Shown here: one piece after another, positions 1-8,301 of the stretch | Numbering within the stretch: position 1 is the first letter of the stretch | Layout: each line of letters begins with the position of its first letter | DNA from: Candidatus Iainarchaeum sp. | GTDB taxonomy: Archaea; Iainarchaeota; Iainarchaeia; Iainarchaeales; GCA-2688035 | NCBI GenBank assembly: GCA_017610205.1 | Contig: JAFCCL010000007.1 | Coordinates: forward strand, 32,001-96,000 | DNA length: 64,000 bases | Reading direction: 5' to 3' | The notes under the pieces: model-generated | What the model was told of the DNA's origin: nothing | The model's database searches: none | What the model saw: the letters and a program-made list of their open reading frames with translations, nothing else | Made by a program: the position numbers and the translations under genes

Positions 1-14
1 TTGAAACGTTTCAA
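1..14. promoter_or_regulatory. Perfect 14-bp palindrome TTGAAACGTTTCAA upstream of the ferredoxin operon (candidate operator)
   Basis: Self-complementary, next to an AT-rich TATA-like stretch, 43 nt before ATG 58; lies at the window edge. Confidence 0.4.
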
Positions 15-57
15 ACCTGAAAATTTTATGGACTGGAGATAAATTGGAGTTGGTAAA

Positions 58-411
58 ATGCCATGGGTAGACAAAGAAAAATGCACAGGCTGCACTATTT
101 GTGTGAAAAACTGCCCGGTAGAAGCTATTAGTATGGAAAATGGAAACGCCGAAATAGATATGGATAAATGCATAAGATGCGGCAAATGCCATGAAGTATG
201 TCCTCAAGAAGCAGTCAGGCATGACAGCGAGAAAATTCCACAAGAAATTGAAGAAAATATTGAATGGGCAAAAAGACTAATGAAACACTACAAAACAAAA
301 AAAGAAAAGAAGGAATTTCTGAAAAGAATGGTTAAACATTTTAACAAAGAAAAAAAGGTTGCGGAAGAAAGCCTTAACAAGATTAAAGAAATCGAGGCTG
401 ACAAAAAATGA
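58..411 (+). CDS. 2[4Fe-4S] ferredoxin-domain protein with basic helical C-terminus
   Basis: CTGCTICVKNCP and CIRCGKCHEVCP motifs. Confidence 0.9.
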   Translation: MPWVDKEKCTGCTICVKNCPVEAISMENGNAEIDMDKCIRCGKCHEVCPQEAVRHDSEKIPQEIEENIEWAKRLMKHYKTKKEKKEFLKRMVKHFNKEKKVAEESLNKIKEIEADKK

Positions 412-992
412 ACAAAGAAATGAGAAACTGGGAAGGAAAAGAAGGAATCAGATTCCTAAAGAGAATTGGAATTAAGCCAGGCCAGAAAGTCTTGGATTTT
501 GGGGCGAGAGTCGGACACTATTCGATTCCGGCGGCAGTGGTTGTTGGAAACCGCGGAAAAGTTTACGCCTTGGATAAAAACAAAGACCCTTTAAACGAAT
601 TAAAAAGAAAGGCTACAGAACAAAAACTGGAAAACATAATCTTGGTCAAAACCAATGGCAGGTTGAAAACCGAGCTGGAAAATAACTCTGTTGACGCTGC
701 ACTTGCTTATGACGTATTGCACTTGATAGACGACAGAAAAAAGTTGTACATGGAAATCAACCGAGTTCTTCAAAAGAATGGCCTGTTTTCAGTATATCCA
801 AAACACAACAAATTAGACCAACCAGAACAAAGCTTGAAAAATCTGGGACCAAAAGACATTGTGAAAGAAATAGAAGCCCACAACTTTTATTTTGAAAAAA
901 AGCATTGTGGGCTTATAAGCCATGATGATTTTTTCAACAAAGGATGCGTTTTGAATTTCAGGAAAAAGAGAACTCCTAGAGGCAAGAAATAA
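408..992 (+). CDS. Class I SAM-dependent methyltransferase
   Basis: VLDFGARVG motif I, VYALD, 'RVLQKNG' motif. Confidence 0.85.
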   Translation: MNKEMRNWEGKEGIRFLKRIGIKPGQKVLDFGARVGHYSIPAAVVVGNRGKVYALDKNKDPLNELKRKATEQKLENIILVKTNGRLKTELENNSVDAALAYDVLHLIDDRKKLYMEINRVLQKNGLFSVYPKHNKLDQPEQSLKNLGPKDIVKEIEAHNFYFEKKHCGLISHDDFFNKGCVLNFRKKRTPRGKK

Positions 993-1198
993 TGAAAAAA
1001 ACAATAAACGGCTGGTTGTTTAACAGAATAGAAAAGCTTGGAAACAAGGAATTTAACCATATTGGATGCGAAGGCGAAAACAGCTCTTTTGGAGACTTTC
1101 TTGCCTCGTTTGTGCCAAAAATAGGAACAAGAAGGAAAGCAAGGTTTACAATAGAAACGCTTGACAATTCTGAAAAAAAGGCGAGGAATAAGCACTAA
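992..1198 (+). CDS. Hypothetical protein
   Basis: TAATG-coupled to the upstream gene; no recognisable motif. Confidence 0.55.
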   Translation: MKKTINGWLFNRIEKLGNKEFNHIGCEGENSSFGDFLASFVPKIGTRRKARFTIETLDNSEKKARNKH

Positions 1199-1218
1199 AA
1201 AGGAGGCAGTGATGGAAA

Positions 1219-1395
1219 ATGGTTAAAATAAACAAAAAGTTATGCGCTGGATGCGGAAACTGTGTGGAAGCATGCCCTTTTGAAGTATTAAAAATTAAAG
1301 ATGGAAAAGCAGTGGTTGTAGATTCGGAAAAATGCCAAAAATGCGGGGCCTGCATGTCAATCTGCCCAAACAACGCAATCAAAATTGAGGAATGA
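1219..1395 (+). CDS. Small 2[4Fe-4S] ferredoxin (58 aa, absent from ORF track)
   Basis: Manual translation MVKINKKLCAGCGNCVEACPFEVLKIKDGKAVVVDSEKCQKCGACMSICPNNAIKIEE; AGGAGG upstream. Confidence 0.92.
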   Translation: MVKINKKLCAGCGNCVEACPFEVLKIKDGKAVVVDSEKCQKCGACMSICPNNAIKIEE

Positions 1396-1396
1396 T

Positions 1397-1663
1397 ATGA
1401 ACAGAAAAATCAAAAAACTTATCAAAGAATTTGAGGGATATGCAAAAGAAAACGGCTTTAGGCTAAATCCTGATTCAAAAATAGCGAAAGAAACGATAAG
1501 AGGGCTGCTTGAAAACGAGAAAAAGCATGGACAAAGGTACTGTCCCTGCAGAAGAGTAACAGGAAATAAGGAGGAAGACAAAAAAATAATCTGCCCCTGC
1601 ATTTATCACGAAAAAGAAATCAAAACACAGGGCCACTGCCTTTGCCAGTTGTTTTTCAAGTGA
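1397..1663 (+). CDS. Ferredoxin:thioredoxin reductase catalytic subunit-like protein
   Basis: YCPCR...ICPC...GHCLCQLF, the FTR CPC/CPC/CxC signature. Confidence 0.9.
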   Translation: MNRKIKKLIKEFEGYAKENGFRLNPDSKIAKETIRGLLENEKKHGQRYCPCRRVTGNKEEDKKIICPCIYHEKEIKTQGHCLCQLFFK

Positions 1664-1669
1664 TTCAAA

Positions 1670-1987
1670 ATGCAGCTGCTTGTTTTTGTTTCATCACATT
1701 GCCCACACTGTCCAAAAGCAGTAACAGCCGTAAAAGAAGCTGTTTCCCAATACAGTGACTACAATTTGAGTTACAGAAAAATAAGGGCAAAAACAGCGGA
1801 AGCAAAACAAATTTCGGGCAAATATGGCATAAGGGCATACCCCACAATAATAGGCCTAAACGACCGTGAGGAAACAGTATGCAAAATTATTGGAGTGCCA
1901 AGCGAAGAAAAACTTAGGAAAGAAATTGAAAAAGCCCTTGGCCTGAGAAAATCGCTTTTCAGAAAAATTTTTGGCGGCAGGACATGA
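1670..1987 (+). CDS. Thioredoxin-family protein
   Basis: CPHC active site, YGIRAYPT cis-Pro motif. Confidence 0.9.
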   Translation: MQLLVFVSSHCPHCPKAVTAVKEAVSQYSDYNLSYRKIRAKTAEAKQISGKYGIRAYPTIIGLNDREETVCKIIGVPSEEKLRKEIEKALGLRKSLFRKIFGGRT

Positions 1988-2382
1988 ACCCAAACGATTT
2001 TTTAAACAAGGGAAACAAAATTGCAGTAGTGGGCGTTTCAGCCAATCAGAAAAAATGGGGCTTTAAAATATATGAAGAGCTAAAGTCTTCTGGCTTTCGC
2101 GTTTACCCAATAAACCCAAAACAAAAAATAATAGGGCAGGATGTCTGTTACCCAAATTTGGAAGCCTTGGCAGAAATCCCTGATGTTGTAATAACAGTTG
2201 TTCCCCCAAAGGTTACGGAACAAGTTGTAAAGCAGTGCAGAAAACTTGGCATAAAAAGAGTTTGGATGCAACCAGGCTCTGAATCAGAAAAAGCAATAAA
2301 GTTTTGCAAACACAATAATATTGAAATAATGCATGATGCTTGTTTTATTGTTAATGGTTTAAAAATGGGGGAAAAAAGATGA
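1984..2382 (+). CDS. CoA-binding protein (YccU-like)
   Basis: IAVVGVS, VYPINP, VWMQPG motifs. Confidence 0.9.
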   Translation: MNPNDFLNKGNKIAVVGVSANQKKWGFKIYEELKSSGFRVYPINPKQKIIGQDVCYPNLEALAEIPDVVITVVPPKVTEQVVKQCRKLGIKRVWMQPGSESEKAIKFCKHNNIEIMHDACFIVNGLKMGEKR

Positions 2383-2723
2383 TAACTTTTGCATGCAAAA
2401 AAATAAGGCTGGATGAAATTGTCAGATGTTCATTTAGTTTGAACAAGACAGAATACAATGCGCTAATGTTTTTGCTTAAAAAAGAAAAAGAATTTGATAT
2501 TTACACTCTTTCTAAAAAAATGGGTTTAGAGAGGACAACCTTGCAAAAGGCACTAAAAAAGCTTTTAGACAAAAAGCTGGCAAAAAGAAGGCAGGTAAAT
2601 ATAGAAACAGGCGGCTATTTTTTTCTATACAATGTAAAAAACAAAGGCTCAATAAAGATGCGGCTTTTGGAGATAATTAGGCAATGGGAAAAAACCGCTG
2701 AAGAGGAAATACAAACCCTATAA
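2379..2723 (+). CDS. Winged-HTH transcriptional regulator (TrmB/MarR-like) with N-terminal Cys pair
   Basis: FACK...VRCSFSL; HTH LSKKMGLERTTLQKALKKL; GGYFFLY wing. Confidence 0.8.
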   Translation: MITFACKKIRLDEIVRCSFSLNKTEYNALMFLLKKEKEFDIYTLSKKMGLERTTLQKALKKLLDKKLAKRRQVNIETGGYFFLYNVKNKGSIKMRLLEIIRQWEKTAEEEIQTL

Positions 2724-2783
2724 TAATGCACATATGCACAAAACCTATTTAAATTGTTTGACATGCATTTGAATTGGTTTAAG

Positions 2784-3617
2784 ATGAAACAAATTGCAAT
2801 TACAGGTGGCAAGGGAGGGACAGGAAAAAGCACTGTTGCAACAGCTATTGCTGTAGAGCTTGGGAAAAGGCATAAAGTGCTTTTAGTTGACGCAGATGTT
2901 GACTGCCCCAATGACCACCTGCTGCTTGGAATTGAGAGAACGAAAGTCAGGACAGTATACCAAAGAATTCCAACGTGGGATTTTGAAAAATGCACCAAAT
3001 GCGGCAAGTGTGCAGAGACCTGCAAGGTCAATTCCATTTTTGGCCCAAAAGGAAAACAGCCCATTTTTTTACCACAGCAATGCAATGGTTGTGGCGCATG
3101 CGTTATAACCTGCCCTGCAAATGCAATAAGCTGGAGTGAAAAGGAAATCGGCGAAATTTTTAGGGGAAACGGCCATGGCATTGGTTTTATTTCAGGCGAG
3201 TTAAAGGTAAATGAAGCTGTTTCCGAATTTGTTGTCAATGCGTTAAAAGAGGAAGTTAAAAAAATTGGGAAAGGATACGATTTTATTTTGTTTGACACAG
3301 CAGCTGGAACCCATTGTGATGTGATTTCTGCTTTGGAAGGAAGCAGCATTGCTTTGGCTGTTACAGAGCCAACTCCGCTTGGAGAGCATGACCTTGAATT
3401 GATTATGAAGCTGTTGAAAAGGCTTGGCATAAAATTTGAAATTGTTTTGAACAGGTTTGAAGAAGGCATGGAAAAGCTGATTGAAAAAGTTGCTGAAAGC
3501 AACGGAAAAAAGATTGCGTCAAAAATACCCTACAGCAAAAAAATAATGGAAAACTACAGCAAAGGCATTCCAGTAAAACATGAAAGCATTGAAAAGATTG
3601 CGGAGCTGGTTGAATGA
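2784..3617 (+). CDS. MinD-superfamily P-loop ATPase with inserted ferredoxin domain
   Basis: GGKGGTGKST, DADVDCPN, two CxxCxxCxxxC, DTAAGTHC, VTEPTP. Confidence 0.9.
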   Translation: MKQIAITGGKGGTGKSTVATAIAVELGKRHKVLLVDADVDCPNDHLLLGIERTKVRTVYQRIPTWDFEKCTKCGKCAETCKVNSIFGPKGKQPIFLPQQCNGCGACVITCPANAISWSEKEIGEIFRGNGHGIGFISGELKVNEAVSEFVVNALKEEVKKIGKGYDFILFDTAAGTHCDVISALEGSSIALAVTEPTPLGEHDLELIMKLLKRLGIKFEIVLNRFEEGMEKLIEKVAESNGKKIASKIPYSKKIMENYSKGIPVKHESIEKIAELVE

Positions 3618-4495
3618 AAAAAATAACAGTTTTAAGCGGAAAAGGTGGTGTTGGAAAAAGCAGTATTGCCGGTTCGCTTGCAGTTCTTTTGGCAAAAAAG
3701 CATGAAGTTATCTGTGCCGACTGTGATGTTGACGCCTCAAACCTTGGGCTTGTTCTGGGATTAAAGGAAAAGGATTTTGAGGAATGGGAAAGAATTTCAA
3801 CAAACGAAAAGGCTGTTTTGGACGAAAAGAAGTGCAATGGCTGCAAAAAATGCGTTGAAAGCTGTTACTTTAAGGCAATCAAATGGAACAAGGAAAAAAA
3901 ACAGCCTGTTTTTGACAGCCTTATATGTGAAGGATGCGGCGCATGTGAAATAGTTTGCCCTGAAAACGCAATAATTCTTGAAAAAGTGCAAAATGCAAAA
4001 ATTGGATTTGGGAAAACAAAATACGGTTTTGGCATTGTTTCAGGACAGCTTGAAATGGGCGAATCTGGTTCTGGAAAGGTAGTGGCAGAAGTAAGAAAGC
4101 TTGCAGAAAAAAAAGGCAAGGGAGCGGAAATTATGGTTATTGATGCTGCAGCAGGAATAGGATGCCCTGTAATTGCCTCAGTTGTTGGAAGCGACTTTGT
4201 CATAGGGGTTACTGAACCAACGCCGTCAGGACTCTCAGACTTGAAGAGGGCTTTGCAGATGACAGAGCATTTTGGAATTGGTTGCGGGATTGTGATAAAT
4301 AAGCACGACCTTAATCCAAAATTTACAAAAAGGATTGAGGCATTTGCAAAAGAAAATGGTTTGGAAGTTCTTGCAAAAATTCCTTATGAAAAGGCATTTG
4401 TTGAGGCATTAATTAACCTTGTGCCAATAATTGAATTCAAATCAGAAACGAAAAAGTTTTTTGAAGAAATAATTGGCAAGCTTCCTAAGGATTAA
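3614..4495 (+). CDS. Second MinD-superfamily P-loop ATPase with inserted ferredoxin domain
   Basis: SGKGGVGKSS, DCDVDASN, two Fe-S motifs, DAAAGIGCPV. Confidence 0.9.
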   Translation: MKKITVLSGKGGVGKSSIAGSLAVLLAKKHEVICADCDVDASNLGLVLGLKEKDFEEWERISTNEKAVLDEKKCNGCKKCVESCYFKAIKWNKEKKQPVFDSLICEGCGACEIVCPENAIILEKVQNAKIGFGKTKYGFGIVSGQLEMGESGSGKVVAEVRKLAEKKGKGAEIMVIDAAAGIGCPVIASVVGSDFVIGVTEPTPSGLSDLKRALQMTEHFGIGCGIVINKHDLNPKFTKRIEAFAKENGLEVLAKIPYEKAFVEALINLVPIIEFKSETKKFFEEIIGKLPKD

Positions 4496-4555
4496 GAAAC
4501 TTACTTAAAGGTTATGCACATTTAATAAATTCAATAAAAAAAGAAGTTGTTTTAA

Positions 4556-5392
4556 ATGAAAAAAATGCTTTTACTTGCATTAATTGCGTTTCTTTTCATG
4601 GCTTCAAGCGTAAGCGCTGAAACAGTATGTGGAGTCTATTTTACAAAAATTGGATGCCCTGTATGCTCAAAAGTAGACCCTGTTATTTTGGATCAATGGA
4701 TTTCAAGCAGGGATGATGCAGTGGTAATAGAATATGTTATGGACTCATGGTATGAACCACATGCAATCCTGATGGGAGAATACAATTTGGCACACGGGAC
4801 AGGCAGCTCTGTTCCATTAATGATAAAGAATGCTAATGAAACATGGGCAGGAATTCCTGCATTTTACACAAACGACAACATTTTTCAGCATGCTGAAGAA
4901 TTCTTTAAAGATGACGAAGGAAAATGCCTGCTTGTTGAAGGGGAAATTTCCTTTGAAGAAATTAATTTGAATGAATTGCCTGAAAAACCAAAGCTTTGGG
5001 CAGGCAAAAGGCTTTTGGTCAGGACAGGCGTTGCTGAAATTGAAAGCGATTTCCTAAAAGAGCTTTTGTTTAAAGAGGATTTGGTAGCAGTGCTTGCAGG
5101 CACGCAGTATGAGTTGAAGGAAGTAAAGGCAGAGCCAGCTCCCTACTCAGGCGGAGAAATTCCCTTTGCACAAGCGATTGACATTGGAGATGGATGGGTT
5201 TTAAAGCTAAAGGAAGCAATTGAATTGCCTGAAAATGTTGAGCAACTGCAAAATGGAGGCAATGGCGGGAATGGAAATGGCAATGAAGGTAATGGAAATG
5301 CTGTAGAAGCAAACCCGTTTGTTTTTCCTGCAATAGCAATGATTGTCTGTATTATTGCATTAATTATTTTCATTAAGGTGAAAAAGAAATGA
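4556..5392 (+). CDS. Exported, C-terminally anchored thioredoxin-fold protein
   Basis: Signal peptide, YFTKIGCPVC, Gly/Asn linker, C-terminal TM helix plus KKK. Confidence 0.75.
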   Translation: MKKMLLLALIAFLFMASSVSAETVCGVYFTKIGCPVCSKVDPVILDQWISSRDDAVVIEYVMDSWYEPHAILMGEYNLAHGTGSSVPLMIKNANETWAGIPAFYTNDNIFQHAEEFFKDDEGKCLLVEGEISFEEINLNELPEKPKLWAGKRLLVRTGVAEIESDFLKELLFKEDLVAVLAGTQYELKEVKAEPAPYSGGEIPFAQAIDIGDGWVLKLKEAIELPENVEQLQNGGNGGNGNGNEGNGNAVEANPFVFPAIAMIVCIIALIIFIKVKKK

Positions 5393-6204
5393 CTGACTTG
5401 ACTATTCCGGCAATTGTTTCCCTTGCATTGGTTGACTCTATAAACCCATGTGCAATCGCTGTTTTGTCCCTTTTGATTATTGCATACATGACACACAATC
5501 CACATGAGAAAAAAAAAGCCTTGCTTGCAGGATTTTTCTTCATCTCAGCTGTTTACATTGTTTACCTTATTTATGCCATTGTTCTTGTTGAAACAATAGG
5601 CACCTTTATAGAAGTCATTTCCGGCTCGGAACTGTTTATTTACGGCGGCTTCAGCCTTGTTGCAATAGCATTAGGTGTTTTCAACATAAAGGACTTTTTC
5701 TGGTACAAACCAGGCGGTCTCTTGAGGGAAATGCCAGTGAAATGGAGGCCTGCAGTTCAAAAACTGTTAAGTGGAATTGAAAGCCCTAAAGGCGGCTTTA
5801 TTCTCGGAATTTTTGTAACAATTTTCCTCTTGCCATGTACAATTGGGCCATTGCTAATGGCCTGCACTTTGCTTGCAAAATACGGCTCGCTTTTCGCATT
5901 GCCATGGCTTTTGCTTTATAATTTAATCTTTGTTCTGCCAATGCTTGTAATTGTAATAGCAATTTACATTGGCTTGACAATGGTTGAAAGCGTAACAGAA
6001 TGGAAAGACAAGAACATCAAATACCTGCATTTGGTTGCCGGAATTATAATGGCAGCTATTGGATTATACCTTGCATGGGATGCAGAAAATGCATTTCACA
6101 TAATGCTTGGGCCAATTGACTTGAACTTTTTCACAATTGGAATAATTGAAATCCCTGTGCTGCTTGCAATAATTCTGTTCAGGCACAAAGCAAAGAAAGA
6201 ATAG
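5389..6204 (+). CDS. CcdA/DsbD-beta-like membrane electron transporter
   Basis: Multiple TM helices, DSINPC and LLPCTIG Cys motifs. Confidence 0.8.
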   Translation: MTDLTIPAIVSLALVDSINPCAIAVLSLLIIAYMTHNPHEKKKALLAGFFFISAVYIVYLIYAIVLVETIGTFIEVISGSELFIYGGFSLVAIALGVFNIKDFFWYKPGGLLREMPVKWRPAVQKLLSGIESPKGGFILGIFVTIFLLPCTIGPLLMACTLLAKYGSLFALPWLLLYNLIFVLPMLVIVIAIYIGLTMVESVTEWKDKNIKYLHLVAGIIMAAIGLYLAWDAENAFHIMLGPIDLNFFTIGIIEIPVLLAIILFRHKAKKE

Positions 6205-6234
6205 TGCCTTTTTCTTTTTTTCCTCAATTAAATA

Positions 6235-7335
6235 ATGCAAATGATTCCAAAAAACCTGAAGGATTTGGTTACATTTGTTCCAAACAAGGGCGAGCCAATT
6301 CACAACTGGTTTTACTATAAAGAAGGTTACAGCGGCGGGTTTGTGGAATGGGCTGTGAAAGAATTTGAACTGAAGGAACCAATAGTTGACCCCTTCTGCG
6401 GTGTTGGAACAACACTTTTAGTATGCAAAAAACTTGGACTGGAAAGCATTGGCTTTGATGTAAGCCCTCTGGCAGCATTTGTTTCAGAGGCAAAAACAAG
6501 GGATTATGATACTAAAAAAGTAATGGCGGAACTGCAAAAGTTTAAGGAAATGGAGCCAAAGCAGGCTGGAAAATTTCCAAATAAAAATGTAAGAAGGCTT
6601 TTTTACGAAAAGCAGCTTGACGACATTTACTTTTATTACAGGAAAATTGACAAAATACAGGACGCGCGTGTGAGGGTATTGTTCCTGCTTGCATTGATTG
6701 ACACCACGTCAAGGGTTGCAAATGTTGTCAAAGTAGGAGGCTCTTTAAGGAAGCAGAAGAAGCCAAAGATGCCTGTGAAAAAACTTTTTTTGGGAAAGGT
6801 AAAAAAGATGGTTTTGGATTTAAAAAGAGTGCAGGCAAAAGGGCCTGAGCCAGAGGTGTTTCAGGCAGATGCAAGGAATGTAAAGCTTGAGGAAAACAGT
6901 GTCGGAGCTGTTGTCACAAGCCCTCCTTATCTGAACAAAATTGAATACACTTTAATTTACAAGATTGAATTAGGGCTGTTTTTCAGGGAGCAGGAAACAA
7001 GGCTTAGGGCACACATTCAGGACAGTGCAACAGGAAGGGATTTTGGAAGCAGGATGCCTTTGGTGGCAAAAGCCTACTTTGATGACATGAAAAAGGTTTT
7101 GGAAAACATGTTTAAGTTTCTGAAACCCGGCGGCAAGGCAGTCATTGTTGTTGGAGGAGGGTGCTTTCCATATGAGGTTGTTGAATCAGATGACATTTTG
7201 ATTGAGGAAGCTGAAAAAATCGGCTTTAAAAAGCTTGACAAGATTGTGGCAAGGAAATACCAGTGCATGCGAAACAGGACAATAAAGGTGGGAATAGTGA
7301 GGGAAAGCGTTCTTGTACTGGAAAAGCCTGCTTAG
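6235..7335 (+). CDS. Site-specific DNA methyltransferase (N4-cytosine type)
   Basis: DPFCGVGTT SAM motif preceding TSPPY catalytic motif. Confidence 0.88.
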   Translation: MQMIPKNLKDLVTFVPNKGEPIHNWFYYKEGYSGGFVEWAVKEFELKEPIVDPFCGVGTTLLVCKKLGLESIGFDVSPLAAFVSEAKTRDYDTKKVMAELQKFKEMEPKQAGKFPNKNVRRLFYEKQLDDIYFYYRKIDKIQDARVRVLFLLALIDTTSRVANVVKVGGSLRKQKKPKMPVKKLFLGKVKKMVLDLKRVQAKGPEPEVFQADARNVKLEENSVGAVVTSPPYLNKIEYTLIYKIELGLFFREQETRLRAHIQDSATGRDFGSRMPLVAKAYFDDMKKVLENMFKFLKPGGKAVIVVGGGCFPYEVVESDDILIEEAEKIGFKKLDKIVARKYQCMRNRTIKVGIVRESVLVLEKPA

Positions 7336-7750
7336 GCCCCAAACTTGTCGAAAGCGTGTTTTGCAAGTTTTAAATAATTTGTTTTTGGCGTACTGCCGCC
7401 TATTTTTCCAAACATTATAATCTCTGGTTTTATCTTGAAATCTTTAACAAGTAATTTCGCCTTTGAAGCAATTGCAGGAGTGAAGGCTACAATAATGTCA
7501 GCGGTAAGAAGTTTTGATATAAAGCTTATTGAGTTTGATTTGCTTCCAGAAGAGGAGACATGAAATCGGTGACTGATATTTTTTGAACGAACATACTCTA
7601 AAAATGCTTGAGCATTCCTTGGACTTCTTAATGCACTAACTTCACAAACAAAAAGAATGTTAATTATTTTAGGTCTCTTTCGAGTAGTATGCTTTTTGGT
7701 CTTTTTTTAGCAGTTTTTTTCTTGTTAACTTTGTTTGAAATGAAAATCAT
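7332..7750 (-). pseudogene. Frameshifted ORF with LMW-PTP/arsenate-reductase-like P-loop
   Basis: Minus-strand open frame ...KIINILFVCEVSALRSP...VSSSG...ADIIVAF...KFGA*; the ATG at 7750 is one base out of frame across an A7 run (T7 at 7702-7708). Confidence 0.55.
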
Positions 7751-7880
7751 GTATAAAATAGATTTCTTTGAAAAATAAAAAAACTTACCTTTGTTTGGAA
7801 GAAATGCACTACTGAAAGCTTTAAAAGCAGGAAAGTCATATTATTATCAAATTCTTTAACAGTTTGGGAGGTTGAAAATT

Positions 7881-8039
7881 ATGCCAGCGAAAAAACCATT
7901 TGGCGGATATGCAATTTGCTTCAAAGGATGTACAGAAACAGCGGAAGACATTTTTGGAAGCGGAAAAATTCCACCAAGCGAAATGACCAAAAAGATTTGG
8001 GCTTACGTTAAAAAGAAAGGCATTGCCGGAAAAGATTAA
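7881..8039 (+). CDS. Minimal SWIB/MDM2-like protein (52 aa, absent from ORF track)
   Basis: MPAKKPFGGYAICFKGCTETAEDIFGSGKIPPSEMTKKIWAYVKKKGIAGKD; GGGAGGT RBS, TTTAAAAG TATA, downstream T-tract. Confidence 0.75.
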   Translation: MPAKKPFGGYAICFKGCTETAEDIFGSGKIPPSEMTKKIWAYVKKKGIAGKD

Positions 8040-8175
8040 GGCAATGCATTTTTTCCTTTTTTAAAATACTCAAAAAACAACGACTTAGGAAAATAATTTC
8101 CTTTAAAAAAACAACTGATACCAATTATTTCAGACATTTCTTTGCTTTGTTTTATAAAGGCAAACAAAGTAAGAC

Positions 8176-8206
8176 GTGCTATACTGAGCAAAGCGAAGTA
8201 TAGCAC
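8176..8206 (+). repeat. Tandem-GA triloop hairpin (REP-like)
   Basis: GTGCTATACT-GA-GC-AAA-GC-GA-AGTATAGCAC with a perfect 10-bp stem. Confidence 0.65.
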
Positions 8207-8229
8207 AACGATACCATATGTTAATTGGT

Positions 8230-8301
8230 GCCCTGGTAGTCTATCGGTTAGGATACGGCCCTGTCGAGGCTGTGAGGCGGGTTCAACTCCCGCCCAGGGC
8301 G
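8230..8301 (+). tRNA. tRNA-Asp(GTC)
   Basis: Acceptor GCCCTGG/CCAGGGC, anticodon arm CGGCC-CTGTCGA-GGCTG, T-loop TTCAACT; CCA not encoded. Confidence 0.97.

Noticed and set aside
1-14. CRISPR repeat (TTGAAAC and GTTTCAA resemble repeat ends)
   Set aside because: Single occurrence, no spacer periodicity and no cas genes in the window
2615-3502. 295-aa minus-strand ORF
   Set aside because: Antisense to a well-supported ATPase gene; no motifs
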